Source: Trypanosoma brucei (Eukaryota). Taken from it: DNA of 64,000 nucleotides. Each line of letters starts with the position of its first letter. Position 1 is the stretch's first letter. The stretch spans positions 672,001 to 736,000 of the forward strand of contig CP000067.1 in the NCBI GenBank assembly GCA_000002445.1, in the 5' to 3' direction. Below the pieces are notes generated by a model that had not been told where the DNA came from, made no database searches, and saw nothing but the letters and a program-made list of their open reading frames with translations. Shown here piece by piece: positions 56,361-64,000 of the stretch. Made by a program: the position numbers and the translations under genes.

Positions 56361-59300
56361 TTCTTTTCACTTTTGAATCATTTTATTTATTTTTGTTGAT
56401 GGTGCTTGCGGTAGCTGTTTTGAAGTGCAAGTGGAGGAAGAAAAGAGCAAAAAGATTAGGTGAAAATGCAAAAAAGAATGAGTGAGTGAGTTAAATTCTG
56501 ATAATTTCATGTGCCTTTGCAAAACTTGTGTCCTCTTTAATATCAAAGCAAAAAAAAAAGAAAAAGAAGGGAAAAAAACAAGGACAAAAAAGGGACGAAA
56601 AGACATGGAAAAAATCAGGTGAATAAAAGGAAGGGATTCGGGTAGATGACCATGAAAATTATTGTGTGTTTGCTCCATTGGGTTTGTTTTGTGTTTTTTT
56701 CTCCCCCTCCTCCCCTCCTCCCCTCCTCCCCCCCGCCAGCTAATCTCCCTTTTCCATCGCCCTTTCGTTCTTTAGTCATGTGCTTTTATTTGTCCATAAA
56801 AGTTTAACAACATTCCTTTAAGGAAAATACCTGCTGTTACTTCATGTTTTCTCTTTTTGTTTGTTTTTTGTTTGTTTGTTTGTTTGTTTGTTCTCTCAAC
56901 ACACACGCACACACGCACACCCTTCCTCTCCCGCCTTCGTGTCGTTTATACTTATATATTTGTATACTTACGTGTGTGACTTATATATTTATTCATGTAA
57001 ACATTTATTTTCATGACTTACGTGCGTTGCACTTTTAGTTGTTGTTTTTTTATTAATTATTATTTATGTTTATGTGTGTGGGCATGTGCCATGCGCATAA
57101 GGCAAAAGGAGTTGCCCGCGCATGTATGCAGCCGTGTAGTAAAGCAAATACACACACGCTGCGATATGTTGTGTTGTTTTGTGTTGTTTACTTTTTAGTT
57201 TTATTTATTTCCATTTGTTTTTGTTTTTTTTTTTTTTTGCAGCCCTCGATTTTATCTGGCGTTTATATTTATATAATCATATGTATTGGTGAAGAGGATA
57301 TTTGTGTAAAATTGCAAGGGAAATGGGGGAGGGGGTTGTTTCAACAACAACAAACAAATAAAAAGAATAAATAGGAACAATAAAATCTACGGTAACTCAT
57401 GGTGGAAAGGGTGGGGAATAAATTTTTTTAAAAAAAAATAGGGAAAGTAAAAAGGGATTGACATATGAATATAAATTTTCCTCTTGAATCGGATTTTAAA
57501 TGAACACGAACGCAAATGTACATGTTGGAGTGGGGGTACATGAAACGAAATAAGAAGGAATAAATGTATATATATTTATTTATTTACATTTATATTATTT
57601 ATATTTATAGCACAGTGCACTAATTTGATTCTTTCTCTCCATTCATTTGTTTGGTCGTTAGTTCGTTGCCGCCGCCTTCCATTTGCATTTGTTTGTTTCG
57701 GTGTGTTTCTACCTTTTGTTATCTGCCACGTTTTTTTTTCTTTTTTTTTTCACTTTTGCACGTCCCTTCTCTTTTTTTCCTCCTTTATTTACTTCCATTT
57801 TCCAGGAAAATCATCGCCACCATAAAATCATCATTACGCATGTGGGTGAATGCGTGAGAAAGTACAGGAGAGAATAGGAGGAGTGGTGCGGTACCGCGAA
57901 ATAAATAACGTCTAAAGTGATAAGTCTTGTGTGTTGTGGAAGGGGGGAAAATAAAACCAAGAAGGAGACATTACTTACGAGTACACTTGTATTTAAATCT
58001 TTATATTTGAATACATGCATACGTATATTTATGTGTTTTACAAGTATATGGAGAGAAGCAAATGAAGACATGACAACGAGTGGCACTTAAATTACCTTTC
58101 TCCATCCCCCACAATTCCTTTTCCTCTATCTTTTCCGTTTTACCTCTTCTCTCTTTCCCTTATTATTTGCCTTTATTTTCCATTCATTTCTCTCCTCATG
58201 TGTGGCATGGGGGGTTGCACTCTGCGCCCAGTAACGAATGCGCATGGGTGGCCGTGTGAGCGTGGATAAATATATATATATATATATATATTCATAAATA
58301 TGCGGAAACATTTATGATCTCTTGTCTTCACCATTCCACTGCCACTTAACCCTCCCTTCAGTATTTCCTCCCCGTCACTGGAAATTGAAACCAGTAACGT
58401 GTTTTCGTGGCTGTGTCATTGTTCCAACCAGGGGCTCGAGAACGCAACTGTTTTCGTTTGGTTTCCCTCTTTACTTCATGTTTTGTTGTTGTTTTGTTGC
58501 TGCTGCTGTTGTTGTTTTGTTACACTCCTCCTTGGGATCATATGGACTTGCTGATCATATTTTTTACTTTCCCCTTCTCTCTTTCTCTCTTTTCATTTCT
58601 TTCTTTTCACTTTCATTTCCTTTCTTCATGTAAGCATCACATCGTATGCACAAGGCACACACAAAAAAAAAAAGAGAAAAGAAAAGAAGGAGTAGAGAAA
58701 TGAAGCAAGTACAGTTGTCATGTGGCGCCTGAGAAAGTGATTGATTAAGGCCCTCATCGCGGTTATTATTATTTTTATTTTCTTTTTTCCATCCTCCTCC
58801 TTTTTCTTCTTTCACTGTTGTTTCATCTGGAGTCGTGGGCAGATGTGTCGTGGGAGGCGCACGGAAAAGGAGGGTTTTGCGTATGTTCAGTTATATTACC
58901 ATCATTATTATTGTTCTTATTGTTATTTTGACTGTCTCTATTACTTTTGTGTATACTCCGGATGAATGTTAATATTAAATAGTAATTCAATGTGTCAATA
59001 TACCACCATGTGGCGCCCCTATCTGTAAGTGTTACCATAATGTATGTGTCTGCACTTTTTCAACGTCGTGTTGTTCTCCCCTTATTTGATTATTTTTTTT
59101 TAGGACTAATTGTCTTTTTTTTTTCCTATTCGGTGAATCATACCTACGTGTTTCTTCTTAACCACACAACGCGCAGATAAATAAAAAAGAAAGAAAGAAA
59201 GGAAGAGGAAGTGTGCAGCAAAGAAGCACATCCAATTAGCGTAACTGTCCACGAAGAGATAGAGAAAAAGGAATTAAGGGAAGGAAGTTGAGGGGGGTCA

Positions 59301-59458
59301 CATCGACAAGAGGAAAAAAAAGGTAAGAAAAAAGTAAAGTAAAGTGAGTACATACATTGATATTCCTCCTTTTTTTTTCTTTCCTTCCTCTCTCTCTCCT
59401 TTATCGAGACTTGTTTGGGGTTTTTGTCTGTTAATAGTCTGCGTTCTTGTCTTTACAA

Positions 59459-61477
59459 ATGGAAGAGGGTGATCATATGGAGTTTTCCGCCAGGGAGATA
59501 GAAGAACTGGAGAATGATACAATCAATCCTACGAATTGCAACCACAAACTTGACAAGGAGCACGTCGAAAAGCTTAGGCAGGCCACGTTGCAGGAAATTG
59601 AGGAAAAGGATAAACTGGTGGAGAAAGGAATGCGACTGTTCTTCATGAATAAGGTAAAGGATGCAGAAGATATTATGAATAACAATGCGCCACTTGATCC
59701 GCTTCATGCGCTCGGCGCCTGTTGTCTGGCAGCACTGAAATCTCTGTTGTCGATGGGCGTGAACGATACAAAATATGCTCTTCAGAAGGCTGATTTTTCC
59801 ATAGCATTCTCCACTGAAGTTGCCACAATCCCCAAAGGTTTCTTTGGCTCCGTAACAAACTTGTTTTGGGGAGAAGCTGGGCGGGAATTTCAACCAGGGA
59901 TGTTCCGCGCAAAAACAATCCGCGCGCAGTCATTTGCCGTCCGTGGGATTCTGCTCATCTCCCAGCAGGGTGATATGATGGCACTTCTCCGCGGTGGCAT
60001 GGCCCTGAAGAATTCCTATAAGCTTCTGCAGTCGCTGAAACGGGAGCTGGAAGACCTTAAGAAGAAGAAAGATGCAAATTCCTACGAGGGTTTGGGAGCC
60101 GACCGCAACAGCGTGTACGGTCTTTTGTTGATGGTGGGAGTTACACATGTTGTCATTTCACTCCTCCCGTCACGTGTACTGTCCATCCTCGGTTTCTTGG
60201 GACTCAAATACGACAGGAAACATGGTATGAAATTCATCTCTATGACATGGGAGAGTCGCACTCTATTTGCACCCTTTGCTGCTCTGTTTCTTATGGTCAT
60301 CACGAGTTTTGTACCGGGTTTCTGCCCACTTCATGTCCCCCGGTGGCTTCCCGCTGCTAAAGCTATTGCTGAGCACACGGTGGATCAGCCACCAATGGGT
60401 GAGTCTCTATTGCATTTATGGATCCTCGGCCGTATTAAGCGCTTGGAGCAAGATGTTGAAGGGAGTATGTCCGCATTGTCCAAATGCTTGAAAGCCGCGG
60501 AGGAGGGACAAGTTGCCAAGTGGATGCCGCAGTTGCGGGACTTCGCCATTTATGATCAGGGGTGGAATTTTGTCATCACCATGCAGTGGAGGGAAGCCAT
60601 TGAATTATACAAGAGGCTTGAGGATCACTCAGCATGGTCAAAATTGTTTTATGGGTACGCGCAGGCGTGTTGTTTTGACATGTTAGCGCTAGAGGCTGAA
60701 CAGGCAGGAAATAAGGAGGGTGTGGCGAAGTATCAACAGGAAGCATCGGAGGCATTATGGAGGACGGCACACTACAGGATAAACATTATGGGTGGTAGAG
60801 CAGTGTCGGTAGAGGAGTTCGTATCCGTGAGACTGGGGGAAACGTTTAAGCACTGTGGCATTGAACATCCCAATAAAGGCAACAAACGTATTGTTGAGCC
60901 CACACCATTCCCTTTAGAGGGGCTGAAGCTACGAAACCCTGTACGAGTGGGTGTGATAGAGCTCCTTGCCCTATTCGACATCACGCATCAGATGCCGCAG
61001 TCTAATACGGAAAAGTTTCTAGATATCATCGACAGAGTATCGAAGAAGTGCAGTGATTCACCTCAAATAGGTTCCACAGATGATGGAAACGGGGCTTGCG
61101 GAAATGAGGCACCAGCAGAGAAGGGTGATGAAAAGAATATTGAAACATACACGACCATCGTATGCGCGGCAGTCAAGGCAAATTTGTTATGCAGGATCGA
61201 ATCCAGACGGGAAGAAGCGAGTGCATGTCTGGAAGGAGCAGTCGCAATATCATCCAAATACAAGCGGGAAAAGTGCTCAGTTTCCTGGGTGCGGCCTCAA
61301 ATGATATACGAGCAAGCCGTATTGGCGTCTGTGGAGGGTGACGAGGGACGGATGAACAAGTTATTGGATAAAGTTAAAGAAAGCAACCACAAACGGCTCT
61401 TTCAGAACGTGATGGATGTTAAATTACACCTGACGGAGTATGGTAAGGAGGCGCCAGTGGTCAGTCACATCATTTAG
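59459..61477 (+). CDS. Hypothetical, mostly alpha-helical protein (672 aa from the first ATG)
   Basis: The track start 59447 is TTG and the first ATG is 59459. Non-repetitive coding composition across 2 kb, with hydrophobic helices mid-protein (LLMVGVTHVVISLLPSRVLSILGFLGL). No catalytic motif recognised. Confidence 0.6.
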   Translation: MEEGDHMEFSAREIEELENDTINPTNCNHKLDKEHVEKLRQATLQEIEEKDKLVEKGMRLFFMNKVKDAEDIMNNNAPLDPLHALGACCLAALKSLLSMGVNDTKYALQKADFSIAFSTEVATIPKGFFGSVTNLFWGEAGREFQPGMFRAKTIRAQSFAVRGILLISQQGDMMALLRGGMALKNSYKLLQSLKRELEDLKKKKDANSYEGLGADRNSVYGLLLMVGVTHVVISLLPSRVLSILGFLGLKYDRKHGMKFISMTWESRTLFAPFAALFLMVITSFVPGFCPLHVPRWLPAAKAIAEHTVDQPPMGESLLHLWILGRIKRLEQDVEGSMSALSKCLKAAEEGQVAKWMPQLRDFAIYDQGWNFVITMQWREAIELYKRLEDHSAWSKLFYGYAQACCFDMLALEAEQAGNKEGVAKYQQEASEALWRTAHYRINIMGGRAVSVEEFVSVRLGETFKHCGIEHPNKGNKRIVEPTPFPLEGLKLRNPVRVGVIELLALFDITHQMPQSNTEKFLDIIDRVSKKCSDSPQIGSTDDGNGACGNEAPAEKGDEKNIETYTTIVCAAVKANLLCRIESRREEASACLEGAVAISSKYKREKCSVSWVRPQMIYEQAVLASVEGDEGRMNKLLDKVKESNHKRLFQNVMDVKLHLTEYGKEAPVVSHII

Positions 61478-62313
61478 TGACAACAAATATGTGAAATAAA
61501 TAAACTTGCCCTACGCGGAAGCATGGGAAGGTTGAGTTGGAAGTGATAGTAGCGGAGTTTTCCCTTCTTTACTGCATCACGCAAATGCGCAGATATGCAC
61601 ACAACGCTGTGCACCGCTTGTTATAAGCGGCTGCAATGACGCAGTTGCTGGTCTCTGTTGTTCACATTTTCTTTTTTTTGTTTCTTTGGAGACACAGCAG
61701 CGGTTATTTACTGTTGTTCTTTTTTTTTTATTTTTACATTTTAATTACTCCCTTTGCCTAACAGCTGCAACCTCCGAACGGCGTAGTAATTGTGTGAATA
61801 ATTATCCACTGCAACTCTCCCTCTGTGCTGCTTTTTTTTTCTAAAAAAAAAAACAAAATTTAAACGCCACACGCGTGTACTAAAGGAATAATCTGATGAG
61901 GGAAAATTGGACCAAGCTCCAATCTACCACTACGATCAATTCCTTGCTTACAGATACGATTTTTTTTTTCCTTCAGTTTTGAGCTCCTTTCCATATTTAT
62001 TTCTCTTCGGCTAGCAATTCTATTGGCGTGTATTATTTTCTTGCACTCACCACAACGTTGTACCTCCAACAACACCATCACGGTTGCTGCATTACTTTAT
62101 TTTATGTTTTCAATCCTTTTCTTTTTCTTGTTTTACCCTTCCTTTCTTTGTGTGACTAGTTCTTACCGGGGAAGCCACTAACCACCACCGGCACCGCCAC
62201 CGGGCGCACAGATAACGGAGTGTAGAAAAAAAAAGTAAAAAATAATAATAATAACAATAGCAATAATAATAAAGTAAAACGAAAGCGAAAGCAGGCGCAA
62301 AAGAAGAGAGGAA

Positions 62314-63339
62314 ATGGCGGTGACACCAATAGAAAAAAGGGAAGGCGGTATGGAGCTAGAGAATCAAGAAGTGGTTGTCCAGAGTGAGTCGCCGCGAGAA
62401 GCGGCTAGAAATGGTGGTTCCTCATTGAACAGTGAATTAAAAAAAGTATTAAATAGGCGCGCACGGTATAGAACACCGTTAATATTTATCTCCCTAACAT
62501 CCGTGGTGCTGATGCTAACAACACTCGCAACCTCCACAATACCCGTTCCGCAATTCAAAAATAACACCAAGAAACGGGTCGTTATGATTGTGGCCCCATC
62601 GCTTCGGCCAGACGTGCTAAAGTTGTCAATTGAAAGCAACAAGGCGCCTTTTATGAATTTAGTGACCGCCGCTGGGGGAAACTATTTGTACACGAATTGG
62701 GGAGCAAAGAAGAACTGGTCAGTGACCAGTGCGCCGGATACGTCAAGAGGGAGTGGGTGGTCTGAAGCAAACGGGCGATCCAACTCTTTAAAACTCCTAC
62801 AGGAATTAGCAAAAGAGGGAAAACGGTCCATCGTGTTGGCGTCATCTTCCGACGATCGTCAGAGCAACAAGGAAGAAAAGAGCAGCAACGGTGGGAGACG
62901 CGGAGTAGAAATACTTCCCGTTACTACGAGTTCATCGGAGCTGCTTGAAGAAGATGTGCTTCATGCGTTCGAGCGACTCACGAAGAACGATGGAGATCTG
63001 CTTTATATCCACACAGGCGTGGGGGGCGGTTCGAAGGCTGCTGAAGGGGAAGGAAATGCAGCAGCTTTTGATGACATCAACATCCTTGACAGCATGCTGA
63101 AAAAGTTAACTATTGCGGTGGCCGGGCATTCACAAAAAACGGCGGAGAAGTGGCTGGTAGCTGTCGTCGCCGGAGGAGGAAGAGGAGGAAATGTGGCCCA
63201 CGAGGTCTCCATGTTAACCTCCACGTATGACCGTGGTAATCTGCTGAACAGCGATTCCCTGACGAAAGACATATCGTCTGATTGTGTGCAGTCCACGTTG
63301 CTGCGCTGGTTTGGTGTCAGGGAAGCCACTGCCTCCTGA
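62314..63339 (+). CDS. Hypothetical protein (341 aa) with one predicted N-terminal transmembrane or signal-anchor segment
   Basis: ATG-initiated ORF. The hydrophobic stretch PLIFISLTSVVLMLTTLATST lies about 55 residues from the N-terminus. The segment KRVVMIVAPSLRPDVL loosely resembles the N-terminal metal-binding strand of alkaline-phosphatase-superfamily enzymes, but the protein is too short for a full domain. Confidence 0.5.
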   Translation: MAVTPIEKREGGMELENQEVVVQSESPREAARNGGSSLNSELKKVLNRRARYRTPLIFISLTSVVLMLTTLATSTIPVPQFKNNTKKRVVMIVAPSLRPDVLKLSIESNKAPFMNLVTAAGGNYLYTNWGAKKNWSVTSAPDTSRGSGWSEANGRSNSLKLLQELAKEGKRSIVLASSSDDRQSNKEEKSSNGGRRGVEILPVTTSSSELLEEDVLHAFERLTKNDGDLLYIHTGVGGGSKAAEGEGNAAAFDDINILDSMLKKLTIAVAGHSQKTAEKWLVAVVAGGGRGGNVAHEVSMLTSTYDRGNLLNSDSLTKDISSDCVQSTLLRWFGVREATAS

Positions 63340-64000
63340 AGGCTATTATATAACGTCTGCGTTTCGCACAATTTGCCCTCTCGTTTGCGCAGGGAAATGT
63401 TTCCCAGTAGTATCGTTTCGTCTATTTAATGTGTGTATCTGTTGGATATCTTTCGTTCTGTATGGGAGGAAGAAAGGAAAAAAAACAAAAAAAGAGACCA
63501 ACTCTTTCAGAGAAGCTCATACGATGACAGTGATGCCCACCCTGTAGGGTAGAGAAAACAGGAAAATGCTGTCAGACCACCAGAGTCTCAACATTTTTTA
63601 GTAAACAGTTTTTACCATCGTGCACCGCCGGCACTCTGCGCCAGGATACTTTGACAGTCATAATAATCGTCATCTCAAACTCGCCGACCTGTTAAATGTG
63701 TTTGTGTGTGTATGTGTGTATGTTTACCTGTCTACTGGTGTTGGTAGGAGAGGGGAAAAAAAACTGAGCTTTTAAAAGATATCATCCCACGTTTCGTGTC
63801 TTGTTTCCTCTTTGATTCTGCACAAAGTTTACCTGTATTTCCTTCCCTCACCCCGTGGGACTAGTATTACCAAACCAACTGGCTACTTCGTTTAGGGCCA
63901 TTCGATTATCAACACCATCACTAGTGCCACAACCCATCGTGTCACGCGCGCACACACACACACACACACACCGTAACGCATGACACATTGTGACCCATCG

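Noticed and set aside
1-64000. Search for tRNA genes, CRISPR arrays, prokaryotic defence or toxin-antitoxin operons, and transposable elements (ingi, RIME, SLACS, retroposon-hotspot genes)
   Set aside because: There are no GGTTCGAATCC-type T-arm motifs and no regular repeat-spacer arrays. There are no reverse-transcriptase or endonuclease ORFs and no long direct or inverted repeats. The zeta-like domain occurs inside a large eukaryotic-style protein with no adjacent epsilon-like antitoxin ORF, so it is not a bacterial toxin-antitoxin cassette.

Overview
The window reads as a nuclear chromosomal segment from a kinetoplastid, probably a Trypanosoma, with strong resemblance to T. brucei. All 20 protein-coding genes I can support lie on the + strand and have no introns. 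They are separated by AT-rich, microsatellite-laden intergenic regions, and most start codons are preceded by a polypyrimidine tract and an AG dinucleotide, which is the arrangement used for trans-splicing and coupled polyadenylation. This is a single directional polycistronic transcription unit with no strand switch. I found no tRNA, rRNA, CRISPR array, prokaryotic operon or transposon (no ingi, RIME, SLACS or retroposon-hotspot ORFs). Several long ORFs in the supplied track begin on TTG, GTG or CTG, so I re-anchored those CDS to the first in-frame ATG. Genes I can name from sequence motifs:
- a bacterial-type cardiolipin synthase with two HKD motifs
- a DBP10/DDX54-type DEAD-box helicase
- a protein with kinesin-light-chain-like TPR repeats plus six IQ motifs
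- an RCC1-repeat protein
- pyroglutamyl-peptidase I
- an HMG-CoA-lyase-like enzyme with a C-terminal EF-hand
- a ubiquitin-conjugating (E2) fold protein
- a divergent superfamily-2 helicase-like protein
- an N-terminal-motor kinesin
- a p25-alpha/TPPP protein
The most unusual item is a 750-aa protein (36671-38923) whose C-terminal half aligns by eye with the bacterial zeta-toxin / AvrRxo1-type P-loop kinase fold. Other points worth a second look:
- a compositionally distinct 102-codon ORF (34596-34904) with a textbook splice-acceptor arrangement inside an otherwise empty 3.2 kb gap
- a possibly degenerate nucleotidyltransferase-like protein
- four gene-free intergenic regions of 2.9-4.1 kb inside the unit, which could hold ncRNAs, internal transcription start or stop sites, or simply long UTRs
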